From: Marsupella aquatica
Taxonomy: Eukaryota; Plantae; Marchantiophyta
Assembly: GCA_973895155.1 (NCBI GenBank)
Contig: OZ316898.1
Span: 6,683,079 to 6,747,078, forward strand
Direction of reading: 5' to 3'
DNA: 64,000 nt
Shown here in pieces: positions 36,901 to 46,555 of this stretch (within the stretch, counting starts at the first letter, position 1; every line of letters starts with the position of its first letter). The notes beneath the pieces were generated by a model. The model was not told the DNA's origin, searched no databases, and saw only the letters and a program-made list of their open reading frames with translations. The position numbers and the translations under genes are program-made.

Positions 36901-37080
36901 CTGATAGTTGACATTGGGTTGGGTAATTTTGTAAAGGGGACTAAATTAAGGAGAGTGGTGCTCAAAGCAAGTCCTCAGATTGATTCTAGTAGACGCTCAC
37001 GAGCGGCTGATTCGGTTTCATGGGTTTGTGAGAAATGCTTGGAGAAGTATGGTGCAGAAGCCACGGCCATCAGTCCATAA
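30919..37080 (+). CDS. TORNADO1-like LRR-ROC-COR protein, full length with expanded LRR (copy C)
   Basis: First ATG at 30919. Same domain order as copy A, with two extra 86-aa modules. Confidence 0.92.
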   Translation: MDYWIEDSNWRSLGSQQGMDDWDFYRMIFGGCFAGDHFEDGDPAVDSHLKNLRSFKHPQSHFRIQQTLNYTQWRSITNILSYVDVSRIEHLELELPQPQYPREGFIGDGLYLLEDFIHLTFRRLTFGRLKTLRIRLTSKDGHAAVLEREEIQAFALEDWLGTCPDLHTLSLPACIDIGKMSWHLEPTFSRLRSFSITGANGLHQHRWLPILYDFLALGCFRKLEHLDLSDGFLDDASCWNSFIPSLTVRNVPGLKSLRLSENVGVNLADMVPFLLSSPLENLVLDGCEIDSVDVERFTDAIRKGARNPLALRRLDLHNNELDDIAVHALAGSDKLAQLQDLDLSMNSGIVSGTLLTLMETFQRGHHPSLKVLIWARNPDSDAPATEAFVRLYAGNDANLPDEWYQVLYRFPKVTGATGLSETKETQCRVQRIQSNDMREHVVDWHRDPAHCLPASGSGTIPGVELSLTSGARCGMDHFETILESNRISTVEALRLRITSLRSQDPAVLAQGREGNARLAAALMTGQFTSLLTRSLSAGGVIVPIISLSAFDLSGVLGSWNEKHISHVRAFSILSMEGLDDLSRTILHQKLDSALKSGFLRSLQHLELSSGVLDGVDGWEVFTRAINSGNLDCITSVHVRKNVSAEVGPFLMFDFHRSLMVMDGCWVNSEQVWGLADALINGPGTRFSLKEVQLCNGVLVNEHHGWKVLTRAIKSGNLDSITSVIVRKNGLAEVGPVHTFDFPRGLIVMDGSWVNSEQVWGLADALINGPGTRFSLKEVQLCNGVLDNEHGWKVLTRAIKSGNLDSITSVIVRKNGLAEVGPVHTFDFPRGLIVMDGCWVNSEQVWSLADALINRLGTMFSPVELHLCNGVLDDGHGWKVLTQAIESGKLGNIRSLRLSQNALNRTSLEDLLPILLTDSFVKLVMDGCFINTDQLRALADVLVNCGGPALALESLDLSDNLLSNQAVDALVNLADSYLLLHLKVLNLGRNVGVGLRDFKSLTETIERGRLPSLETLIWLGNPVDDVAAKAVARAYYENEDLTTTFDITWNQVSDPALWTMVNESRARNIRLRALKVEHKDVLEDVTPLTSAKVFLCGFPEVGKTTLRRALTNSTRPLKEARTRGIELSQLEERNLTLTLWDIAGQEEYRVLHGTFFADLGLVGGKATIFILVLRASFAKSAKDVEKDLLYWFRFIASSSQKHVKRHVVIVLNCFGGQQCAKPAMTLWMSLIKNIKDLFRDVLHIRLAPFVLDVRFPTSVQPLKDFLFGQAQTLLENVMVPKVCLELQKELKRWAEDDTKSHLPIMSWEAFEKNVNLKRKENRLSGTHFKAAALYLHEIGGIVYFDHKESTDSRSKHRSVVVLHPEWFCRQVVGELLLPDGMLEHCCSLIVNVDGLIPTYLFQSYFEHLLVEGVRSDDVLSMLERVGLCYRKGNDEIMVPALIQKEDHNLRMGWEGEGCGLVIGRCLAIEDHERTAIPMTLFRRLQVELAQDTNFGGRGDSGYRAGKFSSSFNVGELSFLIEVDANPSNPNDDRIDILVKTVCPHEKRFAQVERVCEIMQKLQVLCFACCPGLRYDVKVIEPWSATEKAPEMTKRRLMSLRGIKVLVLQDELYSSWRVNGNAVELKTFLADVEMKAVVEIKAGMKAETDDGTRDAYASEWEIEGADDYYNSDFSEGSEDSEVSLGGVEANEKPDVSSEAVEDAERAAELKDDIKGCWKEDSLPQIKDFEEGNSSNPLLLENGGACVQDRQVLHPEIQELKDLIRYTCSHLGKVVHREGHAIRQHIDDGNQKLLLNVDEGRDEVLLWIQAHYSFSIAEKEKSVPRFLILKRKDSSGLWTSFKDTVKGPFRKNYRLHFLCECQFDDGNLHWVEDQEGVKLSKTTDVNQWLKDVEPWVRWSYFVATTVAKIALTVLLPGTAGAIPTISTSTEEHDRARDTAVRMLQDEDEKNGHGKPDPAEQLTGLKERLIAEGHGNVGTSDKLTDVKMKLVAEGVVKDLIVDIGLGNFVKGTKLRRVVLKASPQIDSSRRSRAADSVSWVCEKCLEKYGAEATAISP
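32767..33546 (+). repeat. In-frame 258-bp tandem module x3 within copy C
   Basis: GGC-TGG (GW) unit starts at 32767, 33028, 33286 and 33544 (periods 261, 258, 258). Confidence 0.95.
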
Positions 37081-38422
37081 TCAAGGTAGCTTGCTCCAGC
37101 GAGTCTCGATTGGAATGTCCTGATGTTAAAGTTGTGAGAATCGGAGTTGGGAAGGTTGCAATCGGTACACAGCGTATTTCTTGATGGGATTGAGCTTCCT
37201 CAATCTGGTAGTTTGTCAGAGGAAATGATTGTGCAATAATTTCTAGGAACCATGTGAATTGACTGGCCCCCTACTAGAGACGTCTGGATTGGTTTGGCAT
37301 GCCAAATAGGAGTTCGTTGCTTTAGACTGACGAAGTTGGCGCAAACTGTGGAGAGGATTTCAGTAACAGAGGATAAAGAGACTGAGCCATGATGGAAGAT
37401 CGATTGCACTGCTCATGTCACAACCGAGAAGGGGTCCTCTCCGGCAGTAACGAAGGCGCACTTTCCACTTGGCAGGTAAACGTGACCCATTGTCTCCAGT
37501 TCTCCAACTATTTGATCATCTTGAGTGCAACTCAACTTCACTGGGGTCTTCCTTTAGATTCTGCTTTTCTCCCAGACAGTTGAATGCAGTCTCGCACTTT
37601 TTCACACACCTTTTTCAGGATGAGTTTTGTAAGAGTGCAGTTCGTGAAAATGGTGTTTCGCGAATCCCAAACTCCTTGATCTGAATTGAATTGATCTTAA
37701 ATTCCGTTGATTCCCAAACTAAGGCGGTTGGACATATCTTGGGAAGTATTACGTGCGATTGTGATACCATTTTCGTTTCTACTTTTTCATCTATTGTTGA
37801 AATGGTAATGTGTTGGCAAAATGCAATAGATTTCTCTTGCTGCTTGTTGTTGCTGCCCAGTACTGATGCAAACCACTGACTTCTCCTGCTACAGGGACAG
37901 GGAATGGAATGGCAAGATCTATTTTAGAAGCTGGAAATGAAGAATATAATGCTGCGAGTGTAACTTTTCGTACCGTTCGAGGTGCCTGTTAGCCCTTCAT
38001 ACTTTGCTGGGAGTCCCACTGTAGGTCGTATTTTGTCGACAATAGTAGAATCCAGGTGCTGCTAGTTTATGAAATTTTAAGTAAATAGTGTGAGAAGATC
38101 TTTCTGCTGCGTCGAAGAATAGTCTATGAACATCCGACAGTGCCTACCTGATAAGTTGTCTTGTCTTGTTCAGGTCAGATGCAGGCACTAGATGTTGCCA
38201 CTTGTATACAGATATGTTATTTTAGGATATGTTATTTTAGGATAACACAGATCTCCTGCCTGCCCTCAAGCCCAAGGTAGGGTGATGTGTTTGTGGGGTT
38301 ATGGATGCTGTCAACCCTGCAGGGGGCGTAAATTGGCAGTTAGGCTTGTGGTGTAGTCTATACTGAATACCCTGATCACAATCTAGGTCCATTTGTTAAC
38401 TTTACTCGGTTTGGTCTATGTT

Positions 38423-38669
38423 GCTAAATTGAAGTCATTTGCGTGCAGTTGACGGAGAAATCGTCGGAAGAGAGAAAGGTGCTTATGGTGATGGGAGCGA
38501 AGACCCAATGCTTTATGGCCGAACAATCGATGTGACTATAGACAAAGGTCTTACAACAATACTTGTTCCTCCTTTCGTGTAAAGTGCTAGTCATGTGCTC
38601 AATCTGATCATAGACCAAGCAATCGTTGGTGCAGATCATCAGGTTCTGTGTTGAGTGTACGATATTTTT
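38423..38669 (-). repeat. Dispersed ~250-bp repeat, inverted partner of 12038-12289
   Basis: See the partner feature at 12038-12289. Confidence 0.9.
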
Positions 38670-41600
38670 AGATTAGAGGTGCGTTCTGAAGTCAGTGTTC
38701 GCCAAGTGTAATATGCTGTGGAAGAAAGGCTCTTAAATCTTGATTTTCTCCCTTTGTCAACTTTGAAATAAGTTTTATAATCCACCAATTATTGAGAAGG
38801 GGTAGTGAACTCACTTGGCGTCAGTAAACGAACTTTCGCGCTGTTGACAGTGAAATGCTTTTTCTTTCCTCTCTGCCGCATATAATGGGTAGCAGAGAGA
38901 TCAGTATATACGAGGAACTGGGCCCAAAGCACAATAATTCCAACGTTCTCTACTGGTCTAGATCTTCCTTGCTGCAGGCGGCGTTCTTTACTCACTGGCT
39001 AGGATTCTCTAGGGGTAGAATTCTGGAGTAGTAAAAGAACAAGGGTAACATCACCAATTTATTTTGCTAAGATTGAAAGTCCGAAAGGATGTCCTCTTTC
39101 CAGGTCAACATGTGGACTCAAAGTCCACGATAGAACACTTGCTAATTGCCTTGGTAAGTCTTTAGCCAAGGATACGTATCTCCGCACCGACTATTGCGTC
39201 TCAGTCTCGTCTACCTTTGCATTGTTGATAGTTGGACGCCACGTCTGTACTTCATGATTGCTCCAGCCTCTGGTCGCTGTGTGACTTAATCAGTGCCTAA
39301 AATGTCTTATGAAGCTCTACAAAATGATGTGTCCAATCAACTTTTTGGCTGCAGGATCATTTCCTCCAGGCCTGGCTGGAAAGCATGTCGTCCCTGTCCC
39401 TTCACTGCGCGTTCCTGAAAACAGCTGTGTAAGTAAGCAGTTTGACTTGGAAGGTCATTAGAACTTCAACAGAATGGGGAATCCATCAAAAGAACTGGTG
39501 ACACTCTTCAAAGGAAACTATATTGGCTTGAAGACACGTTTGGAATTGTGAGCCACGTGAAAGCATAGAAATCATGGTAGATGGGATTTTCAGGCGTCCA
39601 AGAAGGGTGGGTATACCATAACCATAAATTAGCATGCCTAACCATAAAGAAAGTGGGTAAACCATAATCTTTTGTAACTAAATTTTTTATTTACTTTTGG
39701 AATCATAGAAAATCATTTCTTTATATTTAATATTTTTATGTCTACTTCAAAAACTAGGATGATTGACTCTATTTGTTAGATCTGATTGATTGGTCCATTT
39801 GATAATCATTAGCTAACAATTGAAAAAGAACGATGAACAATAATGCATAGTAGTCACAAGAAAAGTTGCATTGTTGTCAATTTGTTTGTAGATTGATGGA
39901 TGAGATCATTTGTTGATATTTTGCAACATTCACAAGAAAAGATCATATTTTGATAATTAGCTCTAATAGTGAACTGTGTGTACTTTAAGTTCGAACGTTA
40001 GTTGTTCTCTCTGGGTTACTTTGATGATGCTCTTTTGATGCTATAGTTTGGGTAAGTCAACATCCTAAGACATGCTCATCAAATAAGTTTTCTTGGCATA
40101 ATTTAGTCACCTCAGGTTTGAGCTTAGATTGTTTATGTTGCTACCTAGCTTGGGGACCTACATGATAAACAGATTTGAAAAAAAAGGTTGTTATATAACA
40201 TAACTTTCTTATGATCCTCAAAACACTAATATGAAATAGATTTAAGAGAAAAGAAATTAAGTTAGGATTTGTGGACAATAGAAAGTAAGAAAACAGGAGG
40301 GAATTCAAGGTGCCTGGGCAAGGAGGGGAAGAAATTTTGGGTTGCAAATTTCTGTTGGATTGAGCTTTTGTTGAGCTTTTGTTTAAGGTTAGCCACGATA
40401 TAGATATTGAAATTTGTGGAACGGCAATATGGAGATATGTGGTAAAACTGATAAACTTTTAAACTTTTTGACATCATTTGGAGCTAATTCAAAGCAATCA
40501 GCCATCCCTGAACCTGTTGTAATCCTTAAAGGAAAGTTATGGAAGAAGTTGAAGAAGATTGAGTTTTGACAGAAGAATCGCTTTCAGCGAAATATCGCTT
40601 TGGAGTTGAAGAATCGCTTTGTATATTTTGTGGCAACTTTGAATGACCATTGTGAATCGAACTGATGTCAGATGAATGAGCTTTTAGGCTTATTGGAAAG
40701 CTTACAACAAGGGCTACATGGAGAATTTCTTAAATCTTGAAAAGTTGCTACTTCAAAATATGCCAAACCGATTCTCTTAGAAGTTTTGGCACTTGACTCA
40801 TAAATCGTTTTACCTCTTGTTACTTTCCTGTTTGAGCTTTAGTTGTTTTAACTAGGTAGGATTAGATTTAGGGTGACACCACTTGTCACTTTAGGGGTTT
40901 AGATCTAGATTTGTAAGGATCTTAATCTTACCTTGTCTCTTAGAGTCTAGAATTCCTTTTGGATATATAGGAATAGGTTTCTCACCTTAGGAGAAAACCC
41001 TTTGATTTCTCCCAGGTTATAAGGGAGCCTATACTTGGACTCCCAAGCAAAATACTTATGTCTTTTCTTCTGAATTGATTTGTGACCAATTTGTGGGTCT
41101 TGATCTCATGCCAAATTGGGCTTAGGAGAGAGAATCTAATGAAGGAGAATTGCCCCATCATCTAAATTGAATTCAAGCATTTCATGCACCAATCTAAGTA
41201 TTCAAGTTTTGGATGTATGAATTAGAGATATAGAATAGAATTGAATGAATGAATAAGGCGAGGCTCTGAAATCTAGTAAATAGGGAATTGTATTGACTCT
41301 TACAACATAAAACCGATCACCATTGGTGTATAAGGAAGTTGGAGAGAAGAGAAAAGTAACCTATTTATCCATTGAGAAAAAGGAGAGCCTAAGGAAATTC
41401 ATTGTAGGATTTGTGACATAAAAATAGTTTCAGGATTCTGTGTTACCAAAACAGTGAAGAAATTGCTTTAGGATTTCAAATCACATAAAACTGGAATAAA
41501 TTAATTGCTTTCCTTATTCCTACCGGGAACGAACTTTGGTGTTTTTAAGCATAATCACATACATTCTATGTGATTACACTTACCACAAAATTTGGTATGT

Positions 41601-42059
41601 TTATTGACCAAAAACATTGCAGTCTAATAGTGAGACATTATGGTTGTTTTTTGCGTAAATTGCATAGAAAATACCTGAGAAAATCTAGCAATTAAGCAGG
41701 CTGACAGTAGAAATACAAAGGAAAGTATTATTCATTCAATCTTCATCGTGTGTTACATTATTAATTATAAGGTGAATACCATTCATTGAGTCTTCACAAG
41801 TCACACTATTTTAAGGCTTTGGAACTTGAGATTTATACTTTACTCCTTTGAGCACCATGTTCGTATTGTCAAAGTTCAATATCACCCCCAAACCTAACAA
41901 TAAAATTGGGATTTACTAGAGTGTCACTCTTTTGTGGCATAATCACTACATTGCCACTCTTTTACTGGTATTTATCAGTCTGCCACTCTTTTGAGTCATC
42001 TGTTAAGAAAAGTAACTCAGGTTAACTACTGAAGATCTGACGTCTGAGATTTCTTTTGG

Positions 42060-42810
42060 TCTCCCCATCGGACGGTCGTCGCTTCCCTCATGGTTACATT
42101 CCAAACCCTCAGTTTAGTTTGCGGAGGGGTGGATCGACTGCTCCATTTCTCCGCCCCTCCTCCATTTCTCTGCCACCATAGTCAAGGCATAATGGCTGCG
42201 TCTTTGCTTCCTGCTCAGGCCAATGCCACTTCTCCGCTGCATCCTCACTTCCCTGGGCCCTGTTGTTGCTGACCCCGGCTGCCTCTAGCCTGGCCGTGGC
42301 TGCATTGTTGCATGTTGCCTGCCGGCCTCTCCCGACTCTGCCCAGCTGCTGAGTACTCGTTGCGTGCGGGGGTTACATTGAACTTGAAGGTTGCCGGGAG
42401 GTTGGAAGTACTCTCTCCTGGGGCAACGGTGGAGCACTTTCCCTGTGTGCGGCCACCATAGCCAAAGCTCAAAAATCAGCCCCGAACCAATGATGGACAC
42501 TACAACACCATCTTGTTCCTGCCTGCAACCAGTGTCGTTTGAGACGATACCCTGGACGATACATGAAGTGCAACTCAAGGTGGTGTCTGACTCCTTCCAG
42601 ACTCTTATTTGACGCCCAATCTGTAATTAAGCTGAGTTGAACGTCTTCTCTGCCTGCTAGTGCTTGTACCTGTGGATTGCTAAGAAGAGTACTAGTAACA
42701 ATTTTGAGTGCTCTAGCATCAAAGGGAACCAGGCGCAACATTCAGGTGAAGTGCTGCAATTCAAGTCCTACTGCTCTACGTATAGCCTTGAATGTCTATT
42801 TTGAGCCTGC
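42060..42810 (-). mobile_element. Possible degenerate LINE ORF1 relic
   Basis: GC-richer island with broken frames. FLSFGYGGRTQGKC could be a decayed CxxCxxxGHxxxxC zinc knuckle followed by Q/G-rich low complexity. Weak evidence. Confidence 0.25.
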
Positions 42811-45139
42811 CGCTAACAGTAAACAATGCCTCCCCCCAAAACCTGTGTAAACCCATGAAAGAAACGTCTATCCTAACCCCCCCCCCCCCCCCGGGGACAA
42901 AAGACAACTCTTGCGCTTCACCCTAAAGCACATCCCGAATTTGTGCGCCCTAAAACAGAAAAATTGAATACACAAACCTATATGTCTTCAATTCTTAAGG
43001 AACCATGTCAGTGCGAGAAAACAGGAACCTGTGTTACCGTGGCCCTACGACATACGGAGTGACAAGGTCAAGTACAGGAGGCAACAGTGTGTGTCAACAT
43101 GGTAAGACAGTTTTGCCTTTTAGAGGACATTCAATACAGATCATAAAGAGGGGGACTATTGGGGCATAAAAGTTTGCTCAAGAGGCTAATCAAACAAACT
43201 ATCTCCCAAAAGGGGCCTATTAAGCATATCCCTCGGTATTTTTGAAAGTAAAAAATCAAATTGGATTGTGGGTATTACTTTTACAACTAAAAAGTAATGA
43301 AAAATAAAGAGAATGACATGCATTAAGTTCATTAGGATACATAAATCTAGGGATACATGCACAAACGAATTATGCTTATATTAGCAAGCACTTCCTGGTC
43401 AATCACCATCAGGTATTCTTCGCTTTAATTAGGGCTGTCTTGCATGTGATGGTCCTTGCAATTCCAGTCCTTTACAAGGAAAAAGTATATGGTTTGTCCA
43501 CAAGATCTCTGTAAATGATGATTGTATGTGATTTGCTCTTGTGATATAAAGTTCTTTGTTTGTTATGAAATTTGAAGGTCTTGAAGGGAAGGGCCCCAAA
43601 TGTTGCCTTGCCCTTAGTTTTCCAAATCAGTTGGGTCAGGCATGAACCACTCTGTCAATGATAAAGTGACAAGAGTGAATGAAAGGGCCTATTTTCAAGG
43701 ACCTTGCACATGCAAGACGGCCCTTAAACTCGTTCTGTCTTGCTAAGCGGAAATCCTGAATTCAGGACGAAACACAAAATCAACACCCTGAACTCTAATC
43801 AAAGCAACTCGGGCACCTGTGTTCATATTCCCGCTAATTAGCCTTATTCTTGCTACGCAGAGATCGTGAATTCGGAAAGACACCCGCAATCAAGACCATG
43901 AATCCAATGAAAGCAACTAGCGTGCGTGCTCTTCCACACGCTAATTCATTAGAAAAAAACAAACACTGTACTGCATTAGAAAACAAAATAATAGCAGAAG
44001 GTACTAATTCCCCGTTGCCTGGATCTTGGCTTGCCAAAAATAGATCGAAACATCTAATATTGTAAGACGTTCGGGGAACATCCAGCTGCGAAACATCCGG
44101 ACCGTTAGGAGCGACCAAAAGGAAAGGAAGGTCAGAACGAGATGTACAAAAGGGAAGTTGGACGCACTGATTGATCGCTCCTTTCCTTCTGAAAGTGGTC
44201 CACTGGTATCAGCAGCCGCGACAGAAAATTAATTACTATATATCACGAGGGCCGAGTGTTTAGCACCGAATTATGGTCTATCTAGCCTGGACTCAACTAC
44301 AGTGCAGTCGACAAGCTCAAGTCTTGTAAATCTAGAATCCTATTAGTTACTAAGGTCTGAACAAGAACTGCCTCATTTCTTAAACTCAGAGGGGATCTAT
44401 CTACTTGTCCAGTTGAGGCTGCTCAACAAGATTAAGATATCCACCGAAAATCCCGTCTCCCTCGGGAAGGGACTGTCGATGACAAATGTTCCACCCTTCT
44501 TCTTTTTCTCTAGGTATGTTCGAACTTCGAAGCATAATTAATTATACTAACATACTGTCGAGGACGAGCTGTGGGACGCTTATCTCATGGTCATACTAAA
44601 ATCTGTTTGAAATTAACATTCTCCGGATTTACACTCTTTATGCATTGCTGTAAATTTGCTCGATTCAAACCGTTTCAAGTATATTGCCAGCTCGTGAGCT
44701 TCCCCTCAACGTCAAAGTTGATGCCCAGACTAGTAGCTATCTATACGGTACACGTACGCGCGCAGAGTCCCTCATCAGGGAGTTAACTAAAAGAGAAACA
44801 AAATTCCATGCCATAGAAGCTCAGACACTCGCAATGACGGATATAAGTGAAGCAAAAATTGGATATAAAACAATGTTAAAGACCAGAAAAATTAATGCGC
44901 ATAACTGCATGGAATTGTAACCATTCAAGACCTGTTTTACTTGAATCAAAGTGACCGTGTCTTTCAGGCTTGTCCTGTGCATTCATTCGCGAATTCTGGA
45001 CAAACAGATATCATATATCACGTTCATATTTGATATAAAACTGAAGTGCACTCAACACAGTGCTACAGACATTCCGATATCGAGATATGGATCATTGCTG
45101 ATCTCGACCTGCGTGTCCACATCTATTCGATCTCCTACC

Positions 45140-45370
45140 CTATAGACCGAAAACTTCCTTGGAATCTATAGACCGAAAACTTCCTTGGAACCTATATTCG
45201 ATCTTCCTATAGACAGAAAACTTCCTTGGAACCTATATTCGATCTTCCTATAGACAGAAAACTTGGAACCTATAGACCGAAACCTTCCTTGGAACCTATA
45301 GAAAGAAAACTTTATTGGAATCTATATATAGACCGAAAACTTACTTGGAACCCATAGACCGGAAAACTTA
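45140..45370. repeat. Minisatellite, about 9 copies of a 26-bp core CTATAGACCGAAAACTTCCTTGGAA(C/T)
   Basis: Directly visible; abuts the F-box stop codon. Confidence 0.92.
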
Positions 45371-46555
45371 TACTCGGATAAAGGGATTCAAACCAGGCTG
45401 AAAAGTCATGTCATACCATTCACAGGGTGCCTTGGGCATAGAGAAGAAATTCCACTCATTTTTGCGTTTGTCATATGCTACCATTACACCGTCCACTTCC
45501 ATCTTCACGAAGTAGCAATTCAGTTCTCTGAGACAAATGTTGCTCATGTCCAACTTAAAAGCAGCAGGCTCACAGCGAGCCACCTCCGATAGGACACGTG
45601 TCCCCAGATCAATTTGCATTATACGTACAGTAAAAGTAACGGCCTCCATCAAGATAACCAGAAGATCCGCATTGCAAGCTACCAACTGGGTATGGAACTC
45701 CCCATGTACTGTAAGATTCACTTCGGTAGGCTCGAATATCAATTTGAGCCTCCGCGTGCAAATGTCATTGGGAGAACTGAAGTCTCCCACGTCCAATGTC
45801 AGCAGAAAGTCGAAGAGGTTGTCCATCATGATGTAAAGCATTCCATCGAGATATACCGTAGAGGCTTCAACCTCGATGTTAAGATCGTCTAGGTTGATGT
45901 CCGAACCTAAAGTAGTCCACGTCTCTGACTTGGAATCGTACACGTGCACAGAAGATGTGTTTGGAAGGGGATATATCTCCTCTAGATCGTAAAAAAAAAT
46001 GTCGTAAGAGACAACGAGCAGCTTGTATGATTCTACAGAGATATTGCTCAACAGCTTGATTGAACATACATGATTGTGACAAGCATAAGGGAGATGTGGC
46101 AGTCTTTTCCACTCGTGAGTCAAAATGTTGCCCACATACATCAGTTTCAGGCAGGGACTCGGCCCCTCGTGATCTGCGATCCCGTAGACGAGGGGTCCCT
46201 CTATCTTCAGCATTGAATTGGTCGGGAAAGCATTCGCAGGGAACAAGGATGGTAGTCTTTGCCACTTTCGAGCTGCTTGATCGTAACCCATGAGATTCTT
46301 CGCTGTTGAAAGACCTACAGGGCAAAACGTCGGCCAACTCTTGATCATGTTATCCTCCATCATTTGTCTCTGAAACATTACTGCAAGGCGTTTCATCTCT
46401 TCATCGTCATCTAGTGACGAAATTGGCGAGAATCTCGCTAGCCATGATTTCGACAGAAATCGAGCTTTCAAGATCGAGGGAAATGGCATTCCTAGCACAA
46501 TTTTTTCCACCCACTCGTTCGGTAGAGTCCTCTGGCTCGTCATCACCCTCCACAT
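45368..46555 (-). CDS. F-box protein with kelch/FBA-like beta-propeller, single ORF
   Basis: LPNEWVEKIVLGMPFPSILKARFLSKSW F-box; VGNILTHEWKRLP, VYDSKSETW, VYLDGMLY and AYDKRKNEW blades; FQPGLNPF C-terminus. The first ATG is at 46555 and the ORF is open from 46609. Confidence 0.9.
   Translation of the reverse strand: MWRVMTSQRTLPNEWVEKIVLGMPFPSILKARFLSKSWLARFSPISSLDDDEEMKRLAVMFQRQMMEDNMIKSWPTFCPVGLSTAKNLMGYDQAARKWQRLPSLFPANAFPTNSMLKIEGPLVYGIADHEGPSPCLKLMYVGNILTHEWKRLPHLPYACHNHVCSIKLLSNISVESYKLLVVSYDIFFYDLEEIYPLPNTSSVHVYDSKSETWTTLGSDINLDDLNIEVEASTVYLDGMLYIMMDNLFDFLLTLDVGDFSSPNDICTRRLKLIFEPTEVNLTVHGEFHTQLVACNADLLVILMEAVTFTVRIMQIDLGTRVLSEVARCEPAAFKLDMSNICLRELNCYFVKMEVDGVMVAYDKRKNEWNFFSMPKAPCEWYDMTFQPGLNPFIRV

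Larger units (their letters stand above)
30292..38210 (+). repeat. Right arm of large inverted duplication (Roco gene C with flanks)
   Basis: Partner of 15051-22442. Similarity ends at CTTGTATACA (38210). Confidence 0.95.

Noticed and set aside
16176-37080. Assigning the gene symbol TRN1 or calling these NLRs
   Set aside because: They are divergent expanded paralogues, so orthology is untested. The NTPase is a ROC GTPase, not NB-ARC.
39660-41460. Possible solo LTR (LTR-like composition)
   Set aside because: I could not find matching TG..CA ends with a target-site duplication.
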